A DNA stretch of 64,000 nucleotides from Glaucostegus cemiculus (GCA_976551045.1 CDPCPM010000073.1:26474001-26538000), one strand, 5' to 3'; positions 26,024 through 44,414 are shown, counted from the stretch's first letter. Program-made: numbers and translations. Notes: a model not told the origin generated them from the letters alone.

Positions 26024-27912
26024 TAAAAAAAAGGAATTGTGTGCTGTTCTGGTAACATGAATACTAATTGTGCTGTTATCTTTTTCAATTTTTTCTTTGC
26101 TGAAGGCTTTAAATTAATTTTACATGCGACTATACCCAAGTCATTGGATAGAGTGAAATATTCTGATGATTTGTTTTTCAGTCTGTAAACATACTTTGAG
26201 TTTCATTCTGGGGTGCATTGTAAAAAATTATATGGCTACAATTAAATTGAATATTGTATATAACATCTGGAGATAAAACAAGAAGAAGAAATACTAGAAG
26301 TAGCAGGTCAAGATAGCACAAGAAGGAACAACTGGTTCTATCTCCATGGATGCTGCCTGACTTGAGCATTTCCTGTGCTTTTTGATTCTTTTGTCAGATT
26401 TTCAGCATTCATGGTATTGTTATGTTATTAACTGTTTGGTAGATCTTCCATTGTGCTGAAATCTCTGGCCATTTATAATTGGGCTGCAGTGAAATCAACT
26501 GCATGATCTGCTGGTGGCCTGGCTCCCATGACTTTGGCTTGGCTCGGTGCAGCATAGAAGCTGCCTTGGCACAGACAGCTGGCTGCATTCACAGAGTTGC
26601 CTTGACAGCTGGGGAGGCCCTGCCCCCAGGCTCACCAGCTGTTAAATTCATCTTTGACATTTACAGTCAGCAAAAACTTAGGACCTGCTTTTTAACAAAG
26701 AAGTTAACATGAAAAATATTTACAAAAATAATTTAAAGCACTTCAAAATGTTCACATATTAAAAGTCAATGAAAAATATTAAAGCTGAAGTTTCTTCTCC
26801 AGCAGCTGATCTCTCCCTAAGGGACTGCTGTGTTTGTACTCACTTTACTACTTCCACATAGGAGGCCATCTGGCTCAACAAGTCCATGTCATCTTGCAGC
26901 AAAGAAATCCTAATACTCCCACCACTGCTGCACCACTAGTGTGTAAGCTGCATTCACCAGTCTTTCCTCTTTACCAGTGCTGTATAGCCTGGAACAGATA
27001 TCTGCTCTGTTGGACTCCATGGTGAATGCATGAGAGCAATATGGACAGCTGCAGCATGACAGAAAATGCCATGAGGACATTTGGTAGCTCAGAAAAATGA
27101 CACCCATGATCTTCTCTAGTGAAACTGGGACCATATTTTCTAATTATGACTAATAATAAATAATTGGAAATGATATGTTTGACTCAATGTTAAGGTTAGT
27201 TTTGAGGTTGATTGATGTATGACAAATGTATGTGACTTGGAAATAATGACACCATTCAAAATGGACTGAATATCAGGTTATTCTGCCCCAATTGTTCTGT
27301 AATTGTTTTTTTTTGATAACACTTAACTGACATTTTATTTTCCTGTGAGATGGAAAAGTGGGAAGTGTTCTAGAGCATTGTGTCAAATAGCCAGTTAACA
27401 TTTTGTGAAGCCACATTCAGCATAGAATGATAGCAACTTGCACAGACAGACCCGAGTTAGTGGAGTAGGAAAAATTACTGGTTTCCTGTCTTGTTTTAAT
27501 GTGTATTTGATAATAGTACATAGTTTGTGATATCTTAAGTTATTAATAATACAAAGGCTAATCTACTACAAAATTACTAAATTTTATGTTGACTTTCAAA
27601 ATTAGAGGAGTGAATTTTATTTGAGATTTCTCCTGTCATGCTGCTGTAAATTTGGTAGACAACCCTTTTCCCTGTGTGCATCTGCCTTCTGTGCAAGTTA
27701 GGGTGCAATGGGAGAATCCCTGAAGTAATTTGCCTAAGTTGACTGATCAACAAACTTAAGTTGTTGTTTATGGAATTATGAAGATAAAATCCTAAATTTG
27801 TTGAAGTCAATGTATAAACTCTCTTTTACTTGGAATTTTTAGTTGTATATTTGGTGAAATGCTTTCCTGCCAAATATTACTTATGAGAAATGTAATGCTG
27901 TCTTTTTTTTAA

Positions 27913-28603
<691 letters not shown>

Positions 28604-29161
28604 TAAGTATTTTCCCTCTGGCTGAATTTAAAATTTAACCAGTGTTGTTGGGAATTCTTGGGTTTAATGTCCTATCCATTTTTCATCATTGTCTGATTAT
28701 TGCAAACTATTATGTTCCGTGAGAATTAGATTCACCACATGTTGTGGGTGATGGGAACCTTCATTGTAACCTGAAATTGGTGTGTTGGTTGGGAAACATT
28801 AGGTCAGCATTATAGAGAGAGAGTATTGATCAGCAAAATAAATGAAGGCATGCAAAAAAAGAGGATGTTGAAAATTTAGGACCAAAGGGTAAATTAAGCT
28901 GTTTGTTCAATGTTCTTGTGTACAGCAGAAAATTGCTAGCTTCATGTGGCATTTGGCATGTATTCACCAAACCTTGCTTCATACAAAGTTATAACCATTT
29001 TTCTACATTAAAGCTATATAGATAAATAGAGTTTAGCTATACTACACTTCTTGAAATTTTACAAAATTTGTTATAAAAGTTGCTCATTAAATATGTGACT
29101 GGCAAGAACTAATCTGCCAATTTTGATGTTTTTAAAAATCCCATTCGGTTTCAGATTTTAA

Positions 29162-29350
<189 letters not shown>

Positions 29351-29441
29351 TAAATCACCTTTTCTGATTTGCTTTCTTATGAGGATCAAATGTATACTTA
29401 ATAATAGAAAAATTTTCATTGTAATTTGTAGATTGCAGTAA

Positions 29442-29630
<189 letters not shown>

Positions 29631-29693
29631 TAACTTATTTTTCACATTGTTAAAAGTTTAAACTCTTATCCTGCTTTTCTTTTATAAAAACAG

Positions 29694-29781
29694 CTGTTCA
29701 CGAAGATGCTTCTATCTGCTTACAAGCATGCAGTAGCCTACAAATTGTTTCTACTTCCTTGCCAAATGACCTCTTGCAAAG
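29694..29781 (+). CDS. SMG1: SMG1 exon 17 (88 nt)
   Basis: aaacag|...|gtataa; VHEDASICLQACSSLQIVSTSLPNDLLQ. Confidence 0.93.
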
Positions 29782-29858
29782 GTATAATTTTGATCTTTTT
29801 TTCCCCCAGCACAATATTTGCACATTCATATGTATGATTATTTAGAAGACAACTGTGA

Positions 29859-30005
<147 letters not shown>

Positions 30006-30612
30006 TAATTTTCAATAATTGAATATTAGAGTTATCGTTTTAAATGTAACAAGACTAATAAATCTAAAAAAATCATAAATTGTATACATAAAATGGACTG
30101 AGGAATCTTACAATCCAAGTTAGATCAGTGACATTTCAGTTTAAATTGTAGTTACTTGCTATTTATTCATTTGACCTGAATTTACACTAAGGATTTTGCA
30201 ACTTAGTTTTACCGTTGCATGTCTTTGTTTTCTATTTGATTGTTAGGAATTTGAATCAACCAACATTATAAAAATTGGCAAAGAAAATCTTCCATTAGAT
30301 CTAAGATGAAAACATGCTAGAAGTACTCAGCTCTATAGCATCTGTGCAAATAAAAATCAGTTTGGGTTTATGACTTTTCATCAGAATAGGGGAAAAGTTA
30401 GAGGTAACATGCTTTAGGAAGTGAAGAAGGGGAGTAAATGCAAAATAAGGTCTAATGAGGTGGAAATCAGGAGTAGATAACAAAATTGATGCTTCAAGGC
30501 AAAAGAGGATGGTAAAGGGATGAGAAACCAGATCAGTCTAGAGATGATGCAAATGGGAGAAGTAAGGTAATGAACTGAAATTCATCATTAAATGAATTTC
30601 ATGAAGGAGTCA

Positions 30613-30723
<111 letters not shown>

Positions 30724-31443
30724 TCAACCTGAAACGTCAATAATTCCTCCCCCTTGCTCGCGCCCCTCCCCCCCCCGAGATGCTGTTCAACCTGCTGAGT
30801 TCCTCCAGCAGATTGTTTATTGCTCCAGATTCCAGTAGCTGCAGTCTCTTGTGTCTCTAAAATTTTGGAAATGCTCAGCACCTGAAATAACTAGATTATC
30901 CAGTGCAAATTGTTAACGTATGCGATGTGCAAGAATTAAAGTAACTAGTAGAATTATCGTAACTCTGCTTTATCAAATTGCCTCTTTACTAGTTCTAGCT
31001 TGGCCAGTTATGAACCCATTTACTCACTCGTGCTCAGTTTCAGCCTGCTTAACTCTGTTCCAATTCATCCTTGTTCCAGCTGGTTGGAAGCAGAGCATTA
31101 TAGGAACAAAGTTTTGGGGAAGTGAGCAAACCTACTTGTTTGGTTAAAATGATTCTTTTAGATTGTCAAGAACCTTTTTATACAGGTGATTAAAGATGTA
31201 TGATTTTTGTTGTATTTCCCATCATAAAGTCAAAATATATTGGGCTTAAAAAGAAACAAAAGAACTGTTCGTGTTTAGAGATGTTAAAATGAAAATTCTT
31301 GGTGTCTTGACTGCAGAGAAGCTTTGAGATGTTAAGAACAAGTACAGTTGATATCTCTGAAAATGTTGCCTCTGCACCATGCAATTTTAATGAAAGTTGT
31401 ATTTAATGCATGATTGAAAAATCAGCTACTGATTATAAAATAG

Positions 31444-31605
<162 letters not shown>

Positions 31606-31714
31606 TAAGGTTTTAATTTTGTATTCTAATTCCATCTCTTTGCTCTTTTTTTGTAAGATTTGCATGTATCGGTCTCTTTGTATAATACTTTGAGAGAATC
31701 AGTAATATTTGTAA

Positions 31715-32032
<318 letters not shown>

Positions 32033-32239
32033 TAATGTTACACATTCTGGTGGTTTGTAAGATATAACAGATTTAGATGAATCAACATAATACAAATTGG
32101 TTTGAATACTTCAATTACCAATTGCCAAATGCATTCAAAAACATGGCAGGCTTCTTCCTATGAAGTATGAATGCAACTGCAGATAGGATTAAAATGGGGG
32201 TGGTGGTGGGGGGTAGGAGGTGAAATGATAGAAAGACAG

Positions 32240-32460
32240 AATTAAAAGGCTTATGAATGCACAAGGAATTGGTAACAAGATATTTGAATTAATGGCACAA
32301 ATAGAAATAAATGCAATAGGTCAATGCAAGTGCATCTGCAGTTGCAAGGTGACCAAGGCTGGGAACTCCATGTTGGGGTACTTGACGTTTTGGAAGGATA
32401 GGTAGAAAGCAAGGTGGAGTAGCACTTTTAATAGAGAATGAGATTAGGACAGCAATGAGT
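32240..32460 (+). mobile_element. CR1 ORF2 N-terminal (AP endonuclease) fragment
   Basis: tgaatgcacaaggaattggtaacaag...gaattaatggcacaaatagaaataaat resembles NARSI.NK..EL.AQIEIN. Confidence 0.55.
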
Positions 32461-32464
32461 AATT

Positions 32465-32620
32465 AGCACAGTGGCACAGCTAGTAGAGTCGCTGCCTCAC
32501 ACCTCTGGAGACCCAAGTTCAATCCTGACCTCTGGTATTGGTGGAGTTTCCACTGCCCTATTGCTGGTATTTCTTCAGATCTTGCCTCACTCTAAATACA
32601 TCAGTAGGTAACTGGAAGAC
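32465..32620 (+). mobile_element. tRNA-derived HE1/V-SINE-like element, 5' part
   Basis: gcacagtggcacagctagtagag (A box)...gacccaagttcaatcctgacc (B box). Confidence 0.7.
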
Positions 32621-32858
32621 TGATTAAACACTGTTTAAATATCACACAACATTAGCTGTTCATACCTGCAGCAGCTCTGCTGCTTGAAAGTTGCTGTCAA
32701 GTTTTTCAGGTAGTTACTGGTTTTGACGTGAAGATGTTACCAAATGGGAATCTGATCTTTTGCGAGTTAACTGCAACTATGAACAAAGTTACACAGCACA
32801 GAAATGGGTCAACCTGCCTATTGGGTTGTCGATGTTGAATGTACTATTTTAAAATTAA

Positions 32859-33428
<570 letters not shown>

Positions 33429-33484
33429 TAAAACATAGTGTCCTACTAAGTAATATTACTGCAAGATTTTTGTTACTCAAAGAT

Positions 33485-33845
33485 GAGGGAGGACCTGATA
33501 GGGGTATATAAGATGATGAGGGGCATTGACCGTGTGGATAGTCGGGCCCTTTCCCAGGGCTGAAATGGTTGCCACAAGAGGATATAGGTTTAAGCTGCTG
33601 GGGAGTAGGTATAGAGGAGACGTCAGGGGTAAGTCTTTTTTTTTTACTCAGAGTGGTGAGTGCATGGAATGGGCTGCTGGCAACAGTGGTGGATTGTCTT
33701 TTAAGAGACTTTTGGATAGGTACATGGAGCTGTGAAAAATAGAGGGATATGGGTAAGCCTAGTAATTTCTAAGGTAGGGACTTGATCGGCACAGCTTTGT
33801 GGGCCAAAGGGCCTGAATTGTATTGTAGGTTTTCTGTGTTTCTAA
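33485..33845 (+). mobile_element. Relatively young CR1 3' end
   Basis: gaggacctgataggggtatataagatgatgaggggcattgac (DLI.VYKMMRGID)...ggccaaagggcctg...ttctgtgtttcta tail. Confidence 0.8.
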
Positions 33846-34259
33846 GATTTAGTTTGAGGGCAATTCAATGACTGCTTAACAATTGATTAGTTTATGAGAG
33901 ACAATTGTCATGGTGCAGTATATTATTCTACATATTAAAAGGAAATTTACAAAGTTCTTCAATTCAACAGATGAGTAGGAATAACTGTCAATGAGCATCG
34001 TCTTATTTTAATAGTCACATTTCTAAAACTTTCAAACTGTCTTTAACTCTTCATCACCCAGGTTCATGTGTGTTTATAAATAACATCAATCGTCCCTGAG
34101 TCCTGTTCCAACCCGAACTGTCGACAGTTTTGTGCACATGCACACAATCTGCTCGACCTGTTGAGCTCTTCCAGCAGATTGCTTGTTGCTGCAGATTCCA
34201 GCATCTGCAGTCTCTTGTGTCTCCATCCCTGACTATACCCTGTGCTCTGAAACATTAGA

Positions 34260-35560
34260 GTGCACAAATGTCAGTGTAGACCAACGACTTAGAAATGTGT
34301 TCAAATCCTGTCATAGCAGTCAGTAAGTTAAATTGGGCGGTGGCGGTTGGGGGGAGGGATCCTAAAATTATAAACATGATATAAGTAGAGGTGGTCAGTT
34401 AACCAGCAGAGAGTTTGTTTTTAAAAAATGCCAAAAGCAAGTTGGATTTTGTTTTATTCCTTTACTGATATGTGACATGGATGCACAACATGTTTAAATT
34501 GTAACTGCCCTTTGAAGTGGGCTTGGAGGGCATTTGGTTGTATTGAATTGCAAAGAAAACTTTGAATTTCTGAATGAACAAATAAGTGCTAACCTAGGAC
34601 ACAAATGCTGCAACCAAATTAACACTGCAAAATCCTCATCAAAACCTAGATAATATGCCAAAATTTAGAGCTGTTCCAAAAGCTAGTTAAACAGCCACCT
34701 CATTGTTGTGGTCTGAATTATATTTTTTAGACAGTGTACTGGAATTTTCTTTTACCTTCATTCAATAGTTATATCTAATGCCGATATCTCCCTGTGATAG
34801 TACTGGCAGGATTATCTATAGTCTTTGTTAGTCCTGTCTTCTGTCAGTACAGCTTTTGTTATTTTTTGCAATGGTACTGGTTTAGGACAGGCTTAAAAGC
34901 TGAAAATTGAGCATGCTTGAAATACTGAGGGGCTACAGCAAAATTATATTGTACGGCACTCTGTAACCTTGTGGCTGGCATATCCTTCCTGTTACCATTA
35001 CTAACAAACAAATTAATCAACCTTGGTTCAATAGCACAGCAAGGGTAGCAGCAAATGTACCTAAAAGCTCCTAGCCTAGTGATACTCCAACACAAAAGCT
35101 ACATGCCAAACAGTGGAAGCAGCGTGACATAAACAATGAAGTGCCTCCAGAGGCAATAGATCATGTTAAAGCCAAGACTTCAGCCACATACAATTAAAAT
35201 ATTTGAAAAACCATTAGGTGGAAGTGGTCTCATGAACATCCCTCATTTTCTATGTTAGTGGAATTAAGTGTATGAGTGCAAGAGGCAAGACCAGTGTGTT
35301 TGCACCATTTTCAACGTGATGTACACTTGCAGGCCTACTGCCTGCAAGTTCCACCGTCACAAACGTTGGTTTTGAAATGGATTCACTTTGATATCAAGAA
35401 GTAGCTTGGAAATGAACATTCTGCATGGCTGAAAGCTTGCTACTGAACTAGTCATGCCCATAGGCAAGTTGATTTCAGTTCAGTTATAGCACTGGGATTA
35501 ATCAACTTTATCTTGTCCAGAAAAAGCCTTTAAAAGAAAAAATGCTAAGGCATATCAAAT
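34260..35560 (+). mobile_element. Highly decayed non-LTR retrotransposon relic
   Basis: Scattered similarity to a recalled chondrichthyan LINE family; no intact ORF; apparently antiparallel to 38620-40450. Confidence 0.4.
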
Positions 35561-35788
35561 ATACCATGTTGAGCATCAGTACTGAGCACTACTTTCTGTA
35601 AAATCACTCTTTAGTGCAGTTTCATTTAACCTAAGTGTTACAAATAAAAATTAAAGTCCAAGACTACCTATCACGAATTTGAGATGCTGACAATTTTTTA
35701 ACTTAATAATAAAATCAAACTGAAATATTTTTGTTCTCAAGTGAAAATGATTAATTTTTTTTAAAAGGTTAAACTTTTAGTAGGATAA

Positions 35789-36052
<264 letters not shown>

Positions 36053-36714
36053 TAAACTAATTTTTTGTCTGGCTTGTTTGGAATTGTTATTCCTCCTAAC
36101 ACTAGCTCTCAGTTTAAACAGCTGGGAGCTGCTTCTCACTAGCTGGGGATCACTTTTTAAATCACGTACAAACTGATAGTTCAAACTTGCACAAATCTGA
36201 TTTTCCCATTGTTATCAGCTATAGAGTCTCTATGGTTCTCTGAGTCTAATCTGCAAAATTGACAAAGTCTGGAAGATTTATCAACCAAGATAAGGAAAGT
36301 GGGATACAGTTTTGGAATTTGGGAAGAATAGGAAGGGAGGTTGGGAGTGTAGGAACTAACTACTGTTTCATTTTTGCTACGCTTCAGACCCAAAACAAAA
36401 TCAGTGAATTTCTTGGCGGTTTTAATACATTTATGGCCTTGGCCAAAGTTGCAACATTTTATTTCAGACGTTTGGTAGCCTTCATTGCAATTTTTCCCTA
36501 CATATTTTTAACAGGGTGCAATACCACTTGTTAGAATCACAGAATATGCTGAGAATTCTTGTGTTATTTGTAATAACACAGATTTGAAGACTATTTGTGA
36601 CAAAGAAGGGATAAGACTAGCTTGGTGATGTCATTGCCTCCTATTGAGGTGCCTCTTTTGATTTGAAAGAAACATGATGGTATCAAAGAATGTCAGGTGG
36701 CTTTACCACCTTGA

Positions 36715-36990
<276 letters not shown>

Positions 36991-38092
36991 TGATTTTAGT
37001 GTATAGTAATTATGTTTTACTTAAAACTTGAATAATTAATGGAAGTGTTCACACAATATTCCTGTGCCGAGCTTAAGTATCATAATTTCGGGCTGGTTAA
37101 CCAGTCAGTTTGTATCATAAATCTGAAAATGACCAATGCGACAGATGATTTGTAATGTATGACCAATAGAAATGTTGATTTGTGAACATTTTCAAAAACA
37201 ATTAATGGGTTATAAAGTTGTTTAAGGGCATCTTATATTTGTGAAAAGCTGCTATAAGAAGTTTGTAGTTTTCTTTCAGCTTGGATATCCTTTATTATTT
37301 GTTCATAGATAATGATACATATCCAAAGCTTTCACAACCATAAAGTTAGTACTGTTCTGATGAGGGGTCTTATACCGGTAGCGTTAACTCTGATTCTCTT
37401 TGTGCAGATGCTGCCTGACCTGCTGAGTGTTTTTCTGTTTATACTTCTGATTTCCAGAACCTGCAGATTTTGATTTGAATTTATTATTGTATATATTGGA
37501 GGTGTTGTTTAATTTACTTTCTTAGTTATTTTGATTGACTTATCCTGCTTGGACACTTGTTCCCTCCACGCTCTCTGCCTCTTCTATCTTGCTGTTAGCT
37601 ACGACTTTAATAGTTAAGGAATCATTATCAGAATTTGAATATTTCTGTTTTGTTCTTCAACTAAGGAAACAATGTTACACAAAGACATACTAGCCTGTTA
37701 TTTTTCCCATCTCAAGCTTGAAGAATCTCAATTGGTTCTTTCTAATTTATTCCTTTAACTTGTATATGCTCCATTGGTCTTTTTGTCTCAAGGAGTAGGG
37801 CAAAATGCAGTGCTTGAGTGTAGCCTGACCCTGATCTAAAGCAGTTTGCCTTCATCTTAAATTGTAGATGTAACCAAAACTGGCGATTCGCTGTTATGAC
37901 CTGGCCAGGAAAATTGAACATTTTTTAATTAAGAGTATTGAGTGTACTAAATTTTTGTTTTTTTTCCCACTTGCCAAGTTAACTTGATCTTTGGGAAGGA
38001 AGCTTATTTATCCCATACATTATTGGTGGTTTTAGGTTGAGAAACATGTAAGTGAACCATTGGACTTGAAAATTGGCTGCAACTTTGCATAG

Positions 38093-38350
<258 letters not shown>

Positions 38351-38619
38351 TAATTTGCATAAACTATATATATATTCTGGCAAGATGCTTATGACTGGAC
38401 AGGCAAGGTTTCTAAAGAACATCACTCTATTTGGAAGAATATTAGTTATATAGAAAAACAAGTTATTTACTATCTGATAGACAGAGACATTTTAAATTCC
38501 TTTATTATTTTGGTTACCTTGAGATCCATTGTTACTGGGTGTGATCAGGCAGCGTGGGCTCTTTGGGCTGGAAGGGCCTGTCATCATGCTTTATAAATTT
38601 GTTTTTAAAGTTTTACTTT

Positions 38620-40450
38620 TAGGAGAAATTGCTGGCATCCCAGAACTTGCATTTCTACCTTTTGGTAGCCTTGTGTACATTCACTTGGCTATTGCTGTTG
38701 TTTGCCTATCCCCAGTTGCTTTTGAGAAGTGGTGGTTGCTACCAATTTGAAGTGTGTGCTTGAAGTTTCTTAATTTTATTATTAAATACTTGGATTGTAA
38801 TCCATTGTTGATGACTAGCACGGTGTGTCCTAGAGAGGTTGATGGTGTTCTTGAGCATTAAGGTGATGAAGGTCAGGGGTTTGTTAGATGCTGAAACATG
38901 ATGAATCACTCCTGTGTATTGTGTATTACTGCATTCTGACATGTTATGGTGGTGGGATGTGAGTGTCAACTAATGAAGGGCTGAAAACGACTACTTTGTT
39001 TTGGATCATGCTTTTTGAATGGTACTGTTTTGCACACTTATGAATTGTAGACCTGGGCTGCTTAACCCGTGATATCCAGTCTGTCCTGTTGGGACTGTGG
39101 AATTCATGTAGTTGAGTTTCCAGTCAGTGGTGACAACCCTACCTTCTCCCTACACTTTCCTATGATTTGGTTGTCTTTGGGCTGGTGGGGGGGTTGGGGG
39201 GGGTGGAAATATTGAATGTCATAGGAAGGTGGTTATCTTCTGTTTGGAAAATATCATTACTGGTACCCATGGTATTTACAACTACATAGCCAACCCCATA
39301 AGCTGACCAGGATTTGCCTGCATTATCTGAGTGCTGCAATCTCACTGAACATCTCTACTTCTGGCTTTGGAATGATGGGAAAGCTTTGATCAAATACTAG
39401 GACTGCATAGCACAGGAGGTGGCCGGTCAGTATTGGCAAATGATCTGGCTTCTTGATAATCCTCCTCTGCTCTTATAACCTTGTAATGTTTTGGGTCTAC
39501 TGGTGTAACTGATAAGATCCTCTTTATTAATTGCTCAGCTCTAATTCCACTTTGTATTACAGTAGTCAGCTTGGTCACAATCTGACAGTGTTTCACAGTC
39601 CTGAAGAAGGTAAGGAATTCCAGGAGAATGACGTAGTGAAAGCAGAGAAACATTGATGTACAGCTAAACATAAAGGAAAATTTTGAAAGTGGTACTTGGC
39701 ACCTACCTAGTTGTTGGAGCTCCTGGGATTAGAGATGCTGCAGCAGTCACACTGGCAAGTTGTTTCACTGCAGTTTGGAATTCCAGGGACAGAATGTTTG
39801 ATATTCAGCCACAGTTATGTTTCTTCGTGCCAATTATGTTGCCATCTGTTGAAAGTATTTCTACCATTTCTGTCCCCACACAACCCAAAAAAAACTCTGA
39901 AGCCAGAGTTTTGGTGGATTTCCTCCTCGCTGTGCTCGAGTTAAATGTTGCTTTGTTGGCTGTCTTTCTTGTCACCACGAGAATTCAGGTTTTTTGTTGC
40001 TTGGATCTGGGTTTCATACCTGGAACTAAGAGTATATGGCAAAATGCAAACTGAGCATTGATTAATAGGTAACTAGTGAGTAGAAGCCACATGATAGCAC
40101 TGTTGGATGATTCATTTCATCTCTTATCTGGAGGATTGGGGAGGTGGGGGTATGCCGATTGCATAACTTTAGGCAAGTTGTATTAATCCTGGTTTTTAAA
40201 GATGGGCCATTTTGCACATTGTTGTTTATGTGCCAATGCTGTAGCTATCACTGGAACATCTTGGGTCACAATGTGGTTGATAGTCAAGCATAGATATTAA
40301 GCACTAAAGCTTTAATGCTGTTGGAATATGTAGGTACTTGCACATTTCTTAAATGCCATGTGGAGTGAATTGCATTAGTTGCAGACTAGAATTGATTTTG
40401 GAACTTCAGCTGGTGCTCATTGAATCATACACCAGTACGAATTACAGCCT
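38620..40450 (-). mobile_element. Highly decayed non-LTR retrotransposon relic
   Basis: tgcctatccccagttgcttttgagaagtggtggt tail-like start and scattered LINE-like antisense motifs. Confidence 0.4.
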
Positions 40451-40963
40451 TCAAGAGGAGCTACCTAGGGATTAATTACTGCTAACCCAAAATCTGCTCT
40501 TAATGTTTGAGGTTTTAAAACAATGGCTTACTTTTTTCTGTCCAGTTGATAAACTGGGAATTATTACACTTATGATTTTTTTTGTGAGAAATTCCAGAAT
40601 AAGTATTTTATTTAACCAGAACACTAAGTCTAAATGTAAACGCCACTATTAACGGTCACACCAATAGCTGCCAAGGCCCTTTTGAAATTCCCACCTTATG
40701 CCTTCTCATTTGGCTACCTAAGAAGAGGTAAGATACTTCTTAGTATCCATCACTTAGGGAGGTGACCAGAAATGGTCCAAATATCTCTGTGGCTTGGTGT
40801 CAAACTTTGAAGTGTTGTGATGTTTTTCTACGTGATAAGGTGTTGTAATTAAAACAGTAAATAGTTTTTATTTTAAGAATTTGTACGTTTTAAATCAAGC
40901 AAGACTGAGGATCAATCTGCAGTCCTGAGGGGAAATCTAACATGCTGATTTTTTTTGTTACAG

Positions 40964-41073
40964 AGCGCTCGGTAGTTTTGAGTGTGGTGATTTTTCTGCA
41001 TGTCAAGAACAGCTGGAATTATTACCTGGAGAAGATATCAATTTTATAAATGGAGCTGCTAAAGAAAAGTTAG
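40964..41073 (+). CDS. SMG1: SMG1 exon 26 (110 nt)
   Basis: ttacag|...|gtatgt; ALGSFECGDFSACQEQLELLPGEDINFINGAAKEKL. Confidence 0.92.
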
Positions 41074-42156
41074 GTATGTCAGAAGAACAACTTTGTCTTT
41101 AGAATTTAGGTAGTATCATTCATAACATACAAACAAACTTAAACATGTTATGTAATTAACTTAGATTGTGGTTTACCCACCTTTTCCATATCCTTTAATA
41201 ATCTTACCTTTCAAATTATTGATTTCATTTCTGGAAATTCCATATGCAGCATCAATATTCTATCGAGCCTCTTTGATTTTAATTGCTGTACTTAGTTTAA
41301 TGTATTGAATGCAAGTGATTACAATCCTATCTTATTCAACATGTCCCGTTAATTTAACCTTTTTGGCCACTATCATTTGCACAATATACAATTCAAGGGC
41401 AATGTTTTTGAGGTCCAGTGCCAAACCCTGCACACCATACTCCTGACTGGGTTTGACCGAGGATTTTTTAACTGAAGCATCACTTCACTTTTTAATTAAT
41501 ATATTCTAATATAAATAATGTTCTAATAGTTTGTGATTAAAGGCATAAGAGTGGCCTCCCTTTATAGAGTATGATTCCTTTTCTTACTTTTCTACCTGGT
41601 GAATTGCCTTTATTAAACCAAAGTCTGTACTTGAATTGTTAAGAATCAATAAGATTAGTAATTTATAAAAGTTATGAAATGATTGCTTTATTTTTTTCTA
41701 TCCAGTTGATAAACTAATGGGTATTACACCTGATTTGTGCACAGAAATTCCAGAATAGTTTACTTATTACTTAATCTGAATAATCATCCTGCATATAAAC
41801 ACAACACAATGACACCTAAATTTCTTTGCTCCGAATTGCTTCCCATTTTTTAATAAAACTTCTTTTTGATCCAGTGTGAATGCCCCAGATTTCACATTTA
41901 ACTTTCTCTGTTGTAGTTCCTTCAAATCTCTCTTGTCTTTCATTATAAACTATTCTCATCTAAAAGAGAGCAACTTTAATATATGTTACCACTCTCTGGC
42001 TCTCTACTTATTACAGTTATTGAGAACATCTAAAAGTTGTTTTTAAAATCTAATTTTACTTTCTTTGTCTCCAGATTTGTAATTGATTTCTAGATGTATT
42101 TATCTTCTCCAGATTGAGCTGTTTTTTCCTTGAGTTAAAAATACAATAATTATTGA

Positions 42157-42318
<162 letters not shown>

Positions 42319-43044
42319 TAAGTGCCTTTGATGATGCTCTGTATATTTTACTTCCATATTGCATTTTGAGAATAAACCTTTTGGGATCTTGCACAGTGGT
42401 ACTTGATCATCTTGGATAGAACATTCCAGTTGAGTTAAGAATGCCACAAATGTGATTTTTTTTTGTTTTTGTTTTAAAGAATATATTTCTCAAAAGTCTG
42501 GCAAGTTGTAATTTTGATTTTTACATGAACTTCACATTTAGGAGTAATTGGAGCCCTTGAATATCTTCTGGAAAGCTTTAGCTCAAAGTTACTGGGCTAC
42601 ATTTAACTGAATTCTTTATGACCCTCTGGGTCTAAACGATTTGGCGACCATCTTGATGCATCGTGATATTAAAACCTTAGTTGCTTATGTTACATGTGCT
42701 TCACCTTCTGTTTAAAATAGCATAGGATAGTGCCAGAACCCCCAATTTTTAATGACTTGAATGTTTTCATAATCTATAATCAAATTTGACTTGATTTTGG
42801 GATTCAGAAAACTAGTTTGGGAAATGTCGTATATGCTGATGCATTTTTTAAAAATCTCTCTCATTTATCATTCTAAATTCCAGACATGTTCTGATCGACA
42901 ACAGTGGTGCTTTTTATTCCTGTTTGGGAGCTACTGTAAACTAGGATTAGGAACTGGGAATTTTTCTTATCTAAGTTAAGAACTGATAGAAATTGTTTTC
43001 CCAAGAGTAAAGCCTATAATTGAATTTTGAATGCATATTTGTAA

Positions 43045-43227
<183 letters not shown>

Positions 43228-43655
43228 TAGGAGGTAGAATTTGATAAAACACTTGTCAAATAGGATCACATGGCACAGATGCAATCATAGGACTGTTTAG
43301 AGTTGCCTGTTTTGTTTGACTCTTAAAATACCAATTTATATTAGTTATTCAATTGGACTTCTCAGGCAGTGTTTCAATTCTTGTCTCAAATGCAGAGTAT
43401 AGTGTAGTGCAAATTGACTTAGGGGTTCATTGCTAATATGGAGAAAACTCAGAACCTTAATTCACTTCTCCAGCGAGTTTCACTCACTGATGTCAAAACA
43501 GATCTTGACTGTGAAGGTCCCTTGACTACAACTGCAGTACTGCATAAAGAAAAGACCACAGCAAGGTTGAGATTGTGATTTGAATGCACCCATAACTGGG
43601 AATGACTGAATTTTGTATATGTAATTTATATTAATTATCAAAATTATTTGTGTAG

Positions 43656-43790
<135 letters not shown>

Positions 43791-44144
43791 TAACAAGTAA
43801 TTTAAAATGAACAAAAAAAGTCTTCTATTTTTGCCAAATGTTCCTGTTACTCCCCCTTATCTCATTTTACCTCCTTCCACTAGGAAATGTCAATTTTTTT
43901 TCTCACTAGCTGAATCAGATGCAAACCCAAGTAAATTATTTGTGATATGAGGTGAAGTCTCACAGAATATCTTTCACTTGGAAGTTCTTCTAAATGACTG
44001 GAAATCTAAGGAACAAAAGTTATACTTTTTAAAATAATTAAACTAAATGTATTTCCTTAAGAACGTTTAAAGTAATCTACTTGAAAAATATGCTGTTTAA
44101 ATGTAAAATATGTATTCATATCTGAAAATGTAAAAACTCATTAA

Positions 44145-44414
<270 letters not shown>

